A stretch of 63,062 bases of DNA, filler included, from Candidatus Fermentibacterota bacterium (GTDB lineage Bacteria > JAFGKV01): NCBI GenBank assembly GCA_016928395.1. It is 5 parts of 5 records of this genome, joined end to end, with 100 filler letters (N's around TTAATTAATTAA, not from the genome) between each part and the next. Parts side by side here need not be neighbours in the genome. Positions count along the whole stretch, not along the records: positions 7,421 to 20,423 come from JAFGKV010000269.1; positions 20,524 to 30,206 come from JAFGKV010000042.1; 3 more parts are not named here. The stretch is one strand, 5' to 3'. This document shows positions 9,382 to 20,552 of this stretch, in pieces. The position numbers were made by a program, and so were the translations under genes. The notes below the pieces were generated by a model. That model was not told where the DNA came from. It did not search any database and saw only the letters and a list, made by a program, of their open reading frames with translations. The stretch's first letter is position 1. Each line of letters starts with the position of its first letter.

Positions 9382-12237
9382 ATGCGAACCGTGCTACCGC
9401 TTTTCCTGACAACCCTCGTGCTCTCGTGTGCCCGGCTGGCGCCTCCGGCCACGGAGCACCCCGTCGAGCCGGTCGTGGCGTCGTGTGCCCTCACGGATAC
9501 GCTATCACTGGATCCTGCCGTCATTACGGGAGTGCTCCCCAATGGCCTCACCTACTTCATTCGCAGGAATGGAAAACCCGAGGGCCGCGCGGAGCTGCGC
9601 CTGGCGGTGAACGTGGGTTCCGTGCTGGAAGACGAGGATCAACGGGGACTCGCCCATTTCACCGAACACATGGCGTTCAACGGCACCGAGCACTTCGCCA
9701 AGCACGAGCTGACCGATTTCCTGGAATCCATCGGTATGCGATTTGGTCCAGAACTGAACGCCTATACCAGTTTCGATGAAACCGTGTACATGCTCCATGT
9801 TCCCACCGACAGTGCCGAGCTCGTCGAGAAGGCGTTCCTGATTCTCCACGACTGGGCCTGCGGGATGCTTCTCGAAGATGAGGAGATCGACAAGGAGCGC
9901 GGCGTTATCATGGAAGAGTGGCGGGGGAGACGTGGCGCGGATGCGCGCATCAGTGACCGGCAGTATCCCGTGCTCTACCACGGCTCCCGCTATGGCGTGC
10001 GGCTGCCCATCGGTGAGCCCTCGGTGATCGAGGGATGCGAGTATGAGACGCTGCGCCGGTTCTATCGCGACTGGTACCGGCCGGATCTGATGGCGGTGGT
10101 GGCAGTTGGAGACTTCGACCCGGCGTGGATCAAGACCCTTATCGAAGAGCGTTTCTCGGGCATCACGCTTCCTGAGACCATGAGGGAACGAGAGTTCTTT
10201 CCGGTGCCCGATCACGACAGCCTCCTCTGTATCGTCACCACCGATCCGGAAGCGACCAGAACCCAACTCTCACTCGTGTACAAAGGCCCGCGTCGTCCCA
10301 TCGTTACCGGAGAGGACTACCGGCGTCGCATGGTTGAGAATTTGCACCTCTCGATGCTGAACCGAAGACTGGAGGAACGGGCCAAGGAGACGGATCCTGA
10401 CTTCATCAGAGCATATTCCATGAACCGGGCCATCGCCCGAACGAAGGAGGCCTACACCCTCACCGCACAGGTGCGAGACGGCGGGGTGATTCGTGGGTTG
10501 GAGGCGCTGTTGGGTGAAGCTCAGCGCGTGTACCAGCACGGATTCATCTCCACGGAGCTGGAGCGGGAGAAGCTCGTATTCTTGCGCAACGCGGACCGCG
10601 CCTATGTGGAGCAGGACAAGACCGAATCCAACCGGCTGATCTGGTCATACGTCGGTAGCTTCCTTCGGGATGAGCCCACGCCGGGCGTCGAGTTTGCCTA
10701 CAGATTTTGCCAGGAGCATCTCCCGGGCATCACCCTGGATGAGGTCAATGGCTTCGCGCAGACATGGATGAACGGAAGCCGGGTGGTCATGGTGAGCGCG
10801 CCGGAATCCGTGGAGAATCCACCGCCGAATGAGGAAGAGCTGGCGGCACGAATCGCCGCGGTGAAGCATGCCGCCTACGAGGCGTATGAGGATGCCATGC
10901 CCGGCTTGCAGTTGCTCGATCGTATCCCCGCCCCGGGTTCCGTGGTGGCGGAACGTCAATTGGACGCCGTGGGCGCAACGGAATGGACTCTCTCCAACGG
11001 CATTCGTGTCGTGTGGAAGCCGACGGATTTCAAGAATGACGAGATTTTGTTCTCCGCCTTCAGTCCCGGTGGCAGTTCTCTGGTGCCCGACAGTCTTGTC
11101 ACCGCCGCATCCTCCGCCTGTGGCATCGTCTTGGAGAGCGGGGTTGGAGCGTTCAGCAAGACACAACTCGACAAGGTTTTGGCCGGTTCACTGGTCTTCA
11201 TGTGGCCGAGCATAGACGAAGCGTTCGAAGGTATGAACGGGAGTTTCTCCCCCAAAGACATGGAGACAGCCTTTCAGCTCATTCACCTCTACTTTACCGC
11301 GGTGAGGGAAGACTCGGCGGCATTCGGCGCCTACCGAACCCAGATGGAAGAGTATGTCAGGAACCGGTCCGCCGAGCCCAGGGAAGTCTACCAGGACACG
11401 GTGTCGGCCACCCTGAGTCAGTACCATCCCCGCCACAGGCTATGGACGGCTGAGACCGTCCGCGAGCTCGATCTCGGCGAGGCCTTGGCTGTGTACAGGG
11501 ATCGATTCGCCGACGCCGGCGATTTTACCTTTGTCTTTGTCGGTGCATTGGATCCGGAGGCTTTGCGCCCCCTGGCAGCGACCTACCTGGCCAGTCTTCC
11601 CGCCCTGGGGCGTGGGGAGACGTGGCGGGATGTCGGGCCGACACCGCCCGAGGGCGTGGTGGAGAAGGAAGTACGGCTGGGTATAGAGAAGAAGGGAGAG
11701 GTACGCCTTGTGTTCCCCAGCGACCTGGCGTGGAGCCCGCAGGCCGTACACCGGATACGCAGCATGGCCCAGGCGATGCAGATCAGGTTGCGGGAACGGA
11801 TTCGGGAGGACATGAGCGGCACCTACGGTGTCGGCGTTCGACCGGGATTGGTCCGCTATCCCAAGTCGAAGTGTTTTGCCTGGATATCCTTTGGATGCGA
11901 CCCTGATCGCGCGGATGAGCTGGTGGAGGCGGTGTTGAGTGAGATTGCCGCCATTCAGGCCGAGGGGCCGGATTCAGTCGATCTGGCCAAGGTCAAGGAG
12001 GCGCAACGTCGGCAGTTCGTGAAGGGCCTCCAGGAGAACAGATTCTGGCAGAATGCACTGCACGATGCCTATCTGCACGATGAGCCGGTCGAAGATATCC
12101 TCTCCTATTCCGATTTGATCGAATCGCTCACTGCCGAGGACATCCGCGAGGCGGCTGTCTCCGTCTTCGACTTCGACCGCTATGTGAAGATCGCTCTCTA
12201 TCCGGGGGACACTGGCGGCGGGGCCGTCGGCCTCTGA
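9382..12237 (+). CDS. M16 family zinc protease (PqqL-like), probable lipoprotein
   Basis: GLAHFTEHMAFNGT (HxxEH), LNAYTSFDETVY, WYRPD; N-terminal LVLSC lipobox-like signal. Confidence 0.93.
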   Translation: MRTVLPLFLTTLVLSCARLAPPATEHPVEPVVASCALTDTLSLDPAVITGVLPNGLTYFIRRNGKPEGRAELRLAVNVGSVLEDEDQRGLAHFTEHMAFNGTEHFAKHELTDFLESIGMRFGPELNAYTSFDETVYMLHVPTDSAELVEKAFLILHDWACGMLLEDEEIDKERGVIMEEWRGRRGADARISDRQYPVLYHGSRYGVRLPIGEPSVIEGCEYETLRRFYRDWYRPDLMAVVAVGDFDPAWIKTLIEERFSGITLPETMREREFFPVPDHDSLLCIVTTDPEATRTQLSLVYKGPRRPIVTGEDYRRRMVENLHLSMLNRRLEERAKETDPDFIRAYSMNRAIARTKEAYTLTAQVRDGGVIRGLEALLGEAQRVYQHGFISTELEREKLVFLRNADRAYVEQDKTESNRLIWSYVGSFLRDEPTPGVEFAYRFCQEHLPGITLDEVNGFAQTWMNGSRVVMVSAPESVENPPPNEEELAARIAAVKHAAYEAYEDAMPGLQLLDRIPAPGSVVAERQLDAVGATEWTLSNGIRVVWKPTDFKNDEILFSAFSPGGSSLVPDSLVTAASSACGIVLESGVGAFSKTQLDKVLAGSLVFMWPSIDEAFEGMNGSFSPKDMETAFQLIHLYFTAVREDSAAFGAYRTQMEEYVRNRSAEPREVYQDTVSATLSQYHPRHRLWTAETVRELDLGEALAVYRDRFADAGDFTFVFVGALDPEALRPLAATYLASLPALGRGETWRDVGPTPPEGVVEKEVRLGIEKKGEVRLVFPSDLAWSPQAVHRIRSMAQAMQIRLRERIREDMSGTYGVGVRPGLVRYPKSKCFAWISFGCDPDRADELVEAVLSEIAAIQAEGPDSVDLAKVKEAQRRQFVKGLQENRFWQNALHDAYLHDEPVEDILSYSDLIESLTAEDIREAAVSVFDFDRYVKIALYPGDTGGGAVGL

Positions 12238-12447
12238 AGAGATAGACGAAGACTCTCGCCTCCGAGTGCCTTCAACATCATCGATCGGTTGTGCTCTCCC
12301 GGTGAGACGTCAGGGCAAAGACCGCGACGGGTATCACGCGGTGATCCACGGTGGAGAGCGAGGCATCGCGGCTCGTAAGGAGAAGATGGCCCGGATTTCC
12401 CTTCCAGGTCAGACCCGGGAAGGGAAATCCAAGCCGTCAGCCCGTGG

Positions 12448-13026
12448 TCAGAATTCCGGCATCTGCCATTCCACCCGCCAGTAGATCCCGTTTTCACGCT
12501 TCATGAGGCCTTCGTCAACCATGGCGCGCCGGAAGAACGCATGGTCCTCATGATGGCGGTTGATGAGGGCGTTCACCTGCTTTTCCGGGTATTTGACACC
12601 AAACTCGAAACGTTCGGCGAGCCACCTCAAGAGCACAAGCCGCTTCTTATAGCCGGCGGGAATGGCCGTGATGGTCTCGCCGTTCACGAAATTGCCCAGT
12701 ACCTTCTCCTCCCAGTCGGATGAGGTGGTTCCTTCGGCGAGGGAGGCGATGCGAGCATCGGAGAGCAGTTCCCTCCTCAAATGGTCCAGCGTGCTCAGAT
12801 CGAGGCGATGCAGGTGGTCATTGCCGACCCTGCGCATGATCACCAACCCGGCTCGCTTGAGCTTCCCCAGATGATGAGATACCGTCGGTTCCTCAAGTTC
12901 CAGCGTGGATGCCAACTCGCCGACGCTGCACTCTCTGCCAGCCAGAATGCCCACGATCTTGAGGCGATTCTCGTTGGCCAGAGCCTTGAAGAAGTGGAGA
13001 AGGGTTGCGGTGTGAGATTGCGTCAT
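12448..13026 (-). CDS. ArsR/SmtB family regulator with C-terminal DUF2087 domain
   Basis: FKALANENRLKI...VSHHLGKLKRAGLV HTH; C-terminal KKRLVLL...YPEKQVN...DHAFFRRAMVD..YWR. Confidence 0.85.
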   Translation of the reverse strand: MTQSHTATLLHFFKALANENRLKIVGILAGRECSVGELASTLELEEPTVSHHLGKLKRAGLVIMRRVGNDHLHRLDLSTLDHLRRELLSDARIASLAEGTTSSDWEEKVLGNFVNGETITAIPAGYKKRLVLLRWLAERFEFGVKYPEKQVNALINRHHEDHAFFRRAMVDEGLMKRENGIYWRVEWQMPEF

Positions 13027-13297
13027 GGGAGCCTCCTATTTAGATGTAGAGCAAAATAGAAGATAGTCGACCAAGATGCACCGTCAAGAGGATTCCTTCC
13101 GCACAACCACCCGCGGGGCGTGTCCCTGATCAGACACCGGCGGGGGCGGGAGATTCAGCGGAGCCTTGCGCCGCTCAATGCTGCCGGCCGGCTTCGGATC
13201 GAGCGTCATCCAAAGATCCTGTGGCGTAGAGGGCCAGACACGCCTCCGGGCAGAGATAGACTGCGGCCGGTAGGCCGATCAGGCCTTTGGGTTGCAT

Positions 13298-13780
13298 CTA
13301 TCGACCCCGAAGCACGGCCTGGATCAGCTCATGGAGATGATGGACGAACTGGGAGCGGTCACGCTTCTGGAACGGAGCCGGGCCCTGGGTGATGTTGCCG
13401 AGGTCGCGCAGAAACGCCGCGATCTCCCGCCGGGCCAATGCATCACCGATGCTGTCCTCCGTGAACACGCGGCCTCGGGGAGTGATGGCCCTCGCCCCTC
13501 CCTCCAGACACCGGGCCGCCAGCGGTGTGTCGCCGGTGACGACAATATCGTCTGGTCGCACCTGGCCGACGATCCAGTCGTCTGCCGCATCGGGCTGCGC
13601 ACCCACGACTACTAGGTCGATTCCTTCATCTCCGGGAATCCGCATGGCTGAGTTGGCCACCACTATGACCAGCAATCCGTGACGTCGAGCCACACGGAAG
13701 GTCTCCTCCTTCACTGGGCATCCGTCCGCATCCACGAAGATTCTGGGGAGCCGGCCGGAAGGGGAGGGAACAGGATGCAT
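13298..13780 (-). CDS. YaiI/YqxD (DUF188) family protein
   Basis: IFVDADGCPVK, DAADDWI and DIVVTGDTPLA motifs; the 5' extension in the ORF track is probably non-coding. Confidence 0.9.
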   Translation of the reverse strand: MHPVPSPSGRLPRIFVDADGCPVKEETFRVARRHGLLVIVVANSAMRIPGDEGIDLVVVGAQPDAADDWIVGQVRPDDIVVTGDTPLAARCLEGGARAITPRGRVFTEDSIGDALARREIAAFLRDLGNITQGPAPFQKRDRSQFVHHLHELIQAVLRGR

Positions 13781-14336
13781 TACACTATAGCCTTTCGGAC
13801 AAGACGGGCTCCCCCGAATCGACACGACCGTCGCCTGGGCTCGGGCTGGGAAGGCGCCCCAGAACCTTCGACGCGTGGACGTTGGGCATGGCTTTGCCAC
13901 CTTCGGCAATTCGGTGGAAATAGGTGCTGTGGATCCTGCATAGACGCATCTCGAGTCATCGAAGGTCAAGCATACTCCGGTGATGCGATGGAGTAGAACA
14001 GCAATGACGCGGAATGGAAACCGTTGCGTGAGCGGGGGCGGACCGAGGGTGGCTCGGAAATCGCTCCAGTTGTTCTCTTCGACTCTGCCGTGTATCTTGC
14101 ACTGGTTATACAATGCAGAAGAAGGCCCGGTGGGCATCGGCAACGCCGACGGATAGGGCCGAATTGAGATGCTGCGATAGCAGAATGAAGCCACGCAGGA
14201 TTGAAAAGGGCGCGGGGATTCCTGTCGCTCGAGGATCGTTGCAGCGCATTGAACTCAGAGGATTACTCCAAGTGGCGGTGTTCGCCCAACGGAGTATCAT
14301 GTCACAGCACCCACCCACACAAAAGGAGATGGAACC

Positions 14337-14948
14337 ATGCTGTGCGTTCGAAGAATGATGGCACTCAGTGCCGCGTGCGTCCTCATCGCCATGGCCGGCT
14401 GCGGCGGAAACCGCATCGAGATCATGAAGATCGAGCCGACTTCGCTCACCCTGAACACCAAGGATTCAGTCTCACCCTTCACGGTGACAGCCTACAACGC
14501 CAAGAACGAGGTTGTGCCCGCGCCGACCATCGCATGGTCCACCAGCGACAGCCTGACTCTGCTGGTCGATCAGACCGGACGAGTCACGCCCATGAAGAGC
14601 GGTATGGCGACGGTCACCGCAGCGGCCGGGAACGCAAAGGCCGACGTGCCAGTCACGGTGGCGTTGTTCACCTCGCTGGCGCTCCCCGACACCGCCATGG
14701 AGCTTGTGGTAAGTGAGGGCCGGCAGCTTGACGCCCGGATTCTCAATGAAACCGGGGTTGAGATCGAGGGACCGTTGATGTGGGAAAGCGAAGACAGGGC
14801 AATCGTTGAGGTTACTCCAGAAGGAATGGTGACGGGCATGGCGCCCGGTCAAACCACGATTTCGGTTCGCACGAAGGGCGTTCCAGCCGTGCAACTGCCG
14901 GTGACAGTGGTTGCTCCCAAGCCAGCCAAGGGCCGCGGCGGGCGCTGA
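14337..14948 (+). CDS. Lipoprotein with two bacterial Ig-like (Big_2) domains
   Basis: AMAGC lipobox; repeated W.S.D....V...G.VT....G...(I/V) pattern. Confidence 0.8.
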   Translation: MLCVRRMMALSAACVLIAMAGCGGNRIEIMKIEPTSLTLNTKDSVSPFTVTAYNAKNEVVPAPTIAWSTSDSLTLLVDQTGRVTPMKSGMATVTAAAGNAKADVPVTVALFTSLALPDTAMELVVSEGRQLDARILNETGVEIEGPLMWESEDRAIVEVTPEGMVTGMAPGQTTISVRTKGVPAVQLPVTVVAPKPAKGRGGR

Positions 14949-15071
14949 TTCGATCCTTGCGTACAACGTGTGGGTCACCTGTGCAGGCAGCTGCGCAGGT
15001 GACCCGTGCCAATTGATAGAGATCTTGCGTTGGCCTTCCACATCGGATGGAGCACACACGGAGGAACAGCC

Positions 15072-15476
15072 ATGCGTGCGTTCGCAATCCTCGTTCTTCT
15101 TCTCGCAGTACCCATCCTGGCCGAGGAAGCCGGATCACAGAGCGTGGGGCCTACGGCGCCGGTAGTCGATCACGCAGTCATCTGCACGGGTGTGGTGAAC
15201 CGTGCTCCCGTGGGAGCTGGGGAGGCGTTCGACGCGGCGGTGGGTGCGCTTTGGTGTTTCACCCGAATCAGTGGCGTCGAGGGAGAATCGACTATCACCC
15301 ATACCTGGTACATGGGTGAGCACAAGGTTCATGAGCAGCCGTTGGCGGTGCGGGGGCCCTCATGGCGAACCTGGAGCATGAAGAGCATCCCGCCCGATTG
15401 GAAGGGGCCGTGGCATGTGGACATCGTGGTTGCTGACGGCACGGTAGTGACGACTGTCGCATTCACCGTTCAGTAG
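15072..15476 (+). CDS. DUF2914 family exported protein
   Basis: Signal peptide; ICTGVVNRAP, WCFTRI, ITHTW, WRTWS.K and GPWHVDIV. Confidence 0.8.
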   Translation: MRAFAILVLLLAVPILAEEAGSQSVGPTAPVVDHAVICTGVVNRAPVGAGEAFDAAVGALWCFTRISGVEGESTITHTWYMGEHKVHEQPLAVRGPSWRTWSMKSIPPDWKGPWHVDIVVADGTVVTTVAFTVQ

Positions 15477-15634
15477 CGCCAACACGAAGGAATGGCGGGT
15501 TCGGCCCGGGCGAGTCTGATCTCCCGGCTTCCCTCGGCATGACTGTCCCGTACGCACCATCATCCATTCGTATCGCCCACCTCACATTATCGTTGAGCCC
15601 ATGGCAGGGCTGATACTTTTGGCAGGAGACAGGC

Positions 15635-16216
15635 GTGTTCAACCACTTGGCCCAGATAGTCATTCTCTTCTTCGTGATATTCGACCCCTTCATGAGCTTC
15701 GCCGTGTTCTCCACGGTCACGCAGCATATGACCCGCAAGGAGCGGACGCGTACTGCGGTTCTGGGCATCGTGGTGGCCGCTCTCATTTCCTATGCGGTGC
15801 TGCTGTTCGGTGAGCGGCTTCTGGTCTTGTTCAACACGAATCTGAACGACCTAAAGATAGCCGGTGGCATCATCCTGGGGCTCCTGGGTATCAAGATGAC
15901 GCTCGGGCAGCCCATCACGGAGGGCGGAGAGGGGAACGAAAAATCCGCCCGCGCCATTGCCGCCATTATTGGCTCCCCCCTGTTAACCGGTCCGGCGGCG
16001 ATCACGGCGATCATCATTACCGTGCATGACTATGGACGCCCGGTCACCGCTCTTGCCGTGGGTCTGGTGCTGGTGTTCACGGGAGTGCTTCTCGTCCAGG
16101 CGACTCTCGTGAATCGTGTTGTGGGCAAGACGCCCATTCAGGTCATCTCGACGATTCTGGGTCTTATCACGGTATCCTGGTCGGTGACCTTCATCAGACA
16201 GGGCCTGGGCGTATAG
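15635..16216 (+). CDS. MarC family membrane protein
   Basis: FVIFDP, KIAGGIIL and PLLTGPAAITAII motifs. Confidence 0.88.
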   Translation: MFNHLAQIVILFFVIFDPFMSFAVFSTVTQHMTRKERTRTAVLGIVVAALISYAVLLFGERLLVLFNTNLNDLKIAGGIILGLLGIKMTLGQPITEGGEGNEKSARAIAAIIGSPLLTGPAAITAIIITVHDYGRPVTALAVGLVLVFTGVLLVQATLVNRVVGKTPIQVISTILGLITVSWSVTFIRQGLGV

Positions 16217-16572
16217 CAGTTCGCCACCTCCGATCATCATCCCCCGTCTGTTCCCGGGTGTCCCGGTGAGAAGAGGAGCGAAGAAGGGGGCGGTCCTTGC
16301 TGAACGCCTCAATCCTCTGCGCGCACGGGAATCGCTGAAGAGATCAACCTCACGATCGGGCGGATCCTGGCAATAGAGGGGCAGAGGGCTCGCATTTCCG
16401 ACGCAGACCGTTCATCTCGCCCCTGACCAGATGCCGGATCAAGGGCGGCCGGAGAGCACGCGCAACAAGGTCGAACCCAGGCGGGAGAGGGCAGGCCTCA
16501 CTGCCCGAGCTCACTGAGTGCATGCCCAAGGCACTCCCAAGAGATTGGGCTTTGGAGTGCCCGCCTGCTTCT

Positions 16573-18915
16573 CTATTGATCTCCCCGGATTTGCGCAAGG
16601 CCGGCGGCTGCGAAGAATGCAGTGGCGTAACAGAGGGCGGATACGGTAAACACCGCGGTGAACCCGATGTTCAACGCGATGATGACCGCCAGGACCGAAC
16701 CGATGACCGTGAAGTAGCCATTCGTAGCCCACATCCAGGGAACCAAGGCCCTGCCATTCTCGGCGAGGCTGCGCAATCCCAACGGGAATGGCGCCCCCAT
16801 GGCCAGGCCGAGAGGTGCGAGCATCAGGAACGACACCAGCGCGCGGACGGGAAGCGACGAGGCCATGAAGGCCCTAAATACCGTGCCCGACACCACCACT
16901 TGAATGCCCAGCAGAATGACGATGAGCGGCACTACATGCCGGATGGTGCGCACCGGGTGAGTCGAGGCCTTCCGAGCCAGGAAACTCCCAATTCCCGCAG
17001 TCAGCAGCATGGAGAACAACACGGTGGTGATGGCATACATGGGGGATCCGATGAACAGAGTAAACCGCTGCATCGCGGCCAACTCCAACAGAATAAACCC
17101 AAGGCCCAAACACGCGAAGTACGTCAACGCCAAACCCTTACCCGGCACGCGAAGACCCCGCCGGTTCAGTATCCAGTTGGGCAGCACGATGAACACGAGG
17201 GAGAGCAGCAGGGCCTCCGCCAGCACGGCCAGCAGGGTCAAGTCGGCGATATTGTAGTAGGTAAGCAGGGGTTTGAAATCCTCAGGGAGCATGCTTGCCT
17301 GGGCTGTGAAACGGCCGAACTTCTGGAAGTGATCGAAGAACGGCCGGTTATCGGTGCTCGGATAGAGATTGAAGCCGGCACGCTTGTAGAAGCCTGGGCG
17401 TTCCTCGGGGGCACTGTGGGCCAAGGCCGCCAGCAACGAGTCGCTCCCAGTTCCATCGGGAAGGTAGAGCACTTCGAAGCCATGATGATTGCCATAGGCC
17501 TTCAGCGAATCCATCTCCGCCTGAGGGAACGGCGTCCTGCGAAGGTAGAACTGCCGAACTGACCAGCCTTGACCGTCCAGGATGGCCATGTGCCTCCACG
17601 GCTCCGAAATACCAATCCTTTCCAGAGCAGCCAGTGCTACGGACACGAGACGCAACTCGCCCCATCGGTAGATTGAGAGGAGCCCGTCGGGCGTCAGGTG
17701 ATCCAGATAGTCGACGAATGCTTCGACAGTCGTCAGGTAGGTCTCTGAGAGGTTCAAAGCTCCCGACGCCAGGGCCACGGGTGTGAAGTTGTTGATCTGC
17801 TGGATGACGTCGTACTGCGTGCCGGAGCGCCTGAGGAAGCTGCGTCCCTCATCCACCACGAGGTTGACGCGGGGATGATTGAAGATATCACCGATGTAGT
17901 CACGGTACTCATTGGTCACGATCCGTACGATGGTGGGGTCGAGCTCCACCGCGTCCACGTGGGCGGCGCCGTTGGCCAAGGCTGCCAGGACCTCACGGCC
18001 GCCCGATGGCCCGATGACAAGTGCCTTTGCATCAGGTCGAAGTAGATAGGGAAGGCCGCGATAGGTCGTATCAGGGCCGAGAATCTCGAAATCGCCATCG
18101 AAGGGCACCATGACCGACTCGTTGGAGCCCGCATCGATCCAGATGGTCTTGCCCGTTGGCCAGCGTGGTGCGACGTCGATCCTGGAGATAGCGGACCATT
18201 TGGTGTACTCGATTCTTCCCAAGCGGTCATCGTGGGCGAATCGCCGCTTCTCTTCCTTGAGCGGCACCTCGAGCTTGGTCGTGCCCAGGGACATCAGAAC
18301 TCCCGCCGTGATCACCGCAAGGATGGCCAGGCCCCGCGTTCGCCATCCCGCCCCCATTGAGAATGAAAGCGCCGCGACTGCTGCCAGGAGGGAAGCGGCC
18401 AACACCGAGCCGGAACCGCCGAATAGGGGAAGCAACGGCAGCACAAGAACGCACCCGATGGCGGCGCCGACGAGATCGGCGAAGTAGAGCTGGTTCACCC
18501 GCCCGGTCCGGCGTGACAGCAGGAATGAGACGGTCAGACCGCCGAAGAAAAACGGTACGGAAAGGAACAGGTAATACAGCAGAAGCGGCGCGATCTGGGT
18601 CGGATTCTCGAGGATCAGGAGCAGTTGCAGGGGCACTAGGATGACCAGGAGTAGGGCGACAGCGATGGCGCCGCCGTAGATCAAGCTTGTCCAGGCCAGG
18701 ACGGTCGCGAGCGGATAACGGTCAAGCCACTTCAGCGCGGGTAGGACGGCGCCCGCCGCAGAGAAACCCAACAGAGCCGTGCTGATGATGAGAAAGGCGA
18801 AATGATTGGCGAACAGCACCGAGAAGACCCGCATGAGCGAGGTCTCCAGCAGAAGGGTCGCCATGGCGACCAAAGCGATGCCGAAGGCATGGATGAGTAA
18901 GTGATCTCGACGCAC
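16573..18915 (-). CDS. Membrane-embedded class I SAM-dependent methyltransferase / spermidine synthase-like protein
   Basis: N- and C-terminal TM bundles (LYFADLVGAA; WMWATNG) flank ALVIGPSGGRE...DAVELDP...DEGRSFL..YDVI and PSTDNRPFF. Confidence 0.8.
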   Translation of the reverse strand: MRRDHLLIHAFGIALVAMATLLLETSLMRVFSVLFANHFAFLIISTALLGFSAAGAVLPALKWLDRYPLATVLAWTSLIYGGAIAVALLLVILVPLQLLLILENPTQIAPLLLYYLFLSVPFFFGGLTVSFLLSRRTGRVNQLYFADLVGAAIGCVLVLPLLPLFGGSGSVLAASLLAAVAALSFSMGAGWRTRGLAILAVITAGVLMSLGTTKLEVPLKEEKRRFAHDDRLGRIEYTKWSAISRIDVAPRWPTGKTIWIDAGSNESVMVPFDGDFEILGPDTTYRGLPYLLRPDAKALVIGPSGGREVLAALANGAAHVDAVELDPTIVRIVTNEYRDYIGDIFNHPRVNLVVDEGRSFLRRSGTQYDVIQQINNFTPVALASGALNLSETYLTTVEAFVDYLDHLTPDGLLSIYRWGELRLVSVALAALERIGISEPWRHMAILDGQGWSVRQFYLRRTPFPQAEMDSLKAYGNHHGFEVLYLPDGTGSDSLLAALAHSAPEERPGFYKRAGFNLYPSTDNRPFFDHFQKFGRFTAQASMLPEDFKPLLTYYNIADLTLLAVLAEALLLSLVFIVLPNWILNRRGLRVPGKGLALTYFACLGLGFILLELAAMQRFTLFIGSPMYAITTVLFSMLLTAGIGSFLARKASTHPVRTIRHVVPLIVILLGIQVVVSGTVFRAFMASSLPVRALVSFLMLAPLGLAMGAPFPLGLRSLAENGRALVPWMWATNGYFTVIGSVLAVIIALNIGFTAVFTVSALCYATAFFAAAGLAQIRGDQ

Positions 18916-19025
18916 AGATTATCCTCGGAAGCTCGGGGGAAGTCATGGCAGGTTGGGTCTTAACGCCAGACAGACAAGGCATGGGGGCCTGCCGTGTCAA
19001 CACCCTTGGAGGCGAGGAGCGGGGT

Positions 19026-19490
19026 GTTGGAACGTTGGAACACTGGAATGATGGGGAGGGATGAATGCTCGCTACGCTCGCTTTCCCAGGGTTCAGGGTT
19101 CGGGGTTCAGGGTTCGGGGTTCAGTCGGGCCTCTGAGGGCGCGGCGCGCACTCAGACTTTTCGGGGCTGAGAGTACGCCGAGTTGTAGCCCCGGCGCTCT
19201 GCGCCGGGCGACACGTCGCAGAGGTTGCCCCCGTACCTGCGGATGCGGGGCGACGTGGCTACAGCATGGGGCGGTTCACCACGAGCCCTTTGAACGCGGA
19301 CTCTCAAACAAGTCTGGCCGACTGCCTATTGCTGACTGGTGTGTGCACGGCACCGTCGCTTTTAAAGGCGGAGCTCTGACTCCGCCCGGCTCGGGGTCGG
19401 CATCGGTATCGTTGTCGCAATCGTACTCGTAGTCGACACGCCGGGAATTCGAGCACGGGATGCCGGGATCTTGGAACGATGGAATGACGG
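19026..19490. repeat. Intergenic mosaic of 8-mer, 7-mer (GGGTTCR) and 6-mer repeats plus a REP-like hairpin
   Basis: gttggaac-type 8-mers at 19026-19066; (gggttca/ggggttc)n at 19089-19124; ggcggagctctgactccgcc hairpin at 19367-19386, followed by tcggta/tcgttg hexamers. Confidence 0.8.
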
Positions 19491-19663
19491 CATGATGAGG
19501 GAGAATAGCTACGCGCAGGGAGGCGGTGGGGTGGGGTCGGCGGCCGCTCGGGCAAGGAAACGGCCCCCGAGGGGCAACCGAATGACCGAGTCGCCGGCAT
19601 ACGGAGCACGCCCCGGCGGGATCGCCGCCGAGGCGTGCAAGGGCACTGTCGCCATCGTCCAGG

Positions 19664-20423
19664 TTAGAAAGGCCTCTTCTTCATCATCTTCTTCAGGAAG
19701 GGATTATCTGCCCCCTGGTCACTGTCCTCATCGTTCTCTTCGCCTTCATTCCTCCGCATATCACCCATGGGAAACAGCGATACTTCTTTGTAGCCATCTG
19801 GTATCGCGAAGTTGGATTCGGCCACGTCCATCGGCGTCAGCACTGTGACCTCCATGGTCGTGGTCGAGGTTTCGGCCTTCTTCTTCTTGGTATCAGTCGT
19901 TGTGGTGGCGGTCACGGTCTTGAGAGGTACGCCCTTCATCACGTCCATCTCGGCCGCGATGAGCTTGTCGAGTTCCTCATTGCCGCTCTTGGGCGCGTTC
20001 CGCAGCCACATGCCCAGGCTCGCGTCGGGCAGCTTGGTGGTCGCCCACGTATCCTGCTCCTTCACCGTGGTAGACTGGCTCTTGATGCCCATGACAGACA
20101 TCGACATGGTGTATGATGTGCGACTTTTGTAGTGCGTCGTGGGATAGCCGAGCATAGCCGGTCCCGGTTCCTCGAGGAGCCGCTCCACCTTGGGATCCGT
20201 AATCGTCATCTTGACGACACCCATGGCGCCACCAGCAAGCTGCATCATGGCGTCCATATCCCAGACGGCATAGGTCTTCTCCTTGGGATTGACGAGGTAG
20301 ACCGTCTTGCCACCATCGGTGGTGACCAGATAGGTTCCTTTCCCCATCATATCGTTCTTGCTCTCGGCAAACTCCACCTTGCCGTTGTCGCCGTCTGCCC
20401 AGGCTTTGACCTTCATGTTCCCC
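19664..20423 (-). CDS. DUF4412-like exported protein (5' truncated by linker)
   Basis: YLVNPKEKTY, MLGYPTTHY, WAT, KGVPLK and FAIPDGYKEV pattern; frame is open to the gap. Confidence 0.7.
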
Positions 20424-20523
20424 NNNNNNNNNNNNNNNNNNNNNNNNNNNNNNNNNNNNNNNNNNNNTTAATTAATTAANNNNNNNNNNNNNNNNNNNNN
20501 NNNNNNNNNNNNNNNNNNNNNNN
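20424..20523. other. Artificial contig linker
   Basis: N-TTAATTAATTAA-N. Confidence 0.99.
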
Positions 20524-20552
20524 ACGTACTCGCGCTCGACTGCCCCAGCTCG

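Noticed and set aside
13781-14194. N-terminal extension of the YaiI ORF
   Set aside because: Family similarity starts near 13750. The upstream part looks like divergent promoter DNA.
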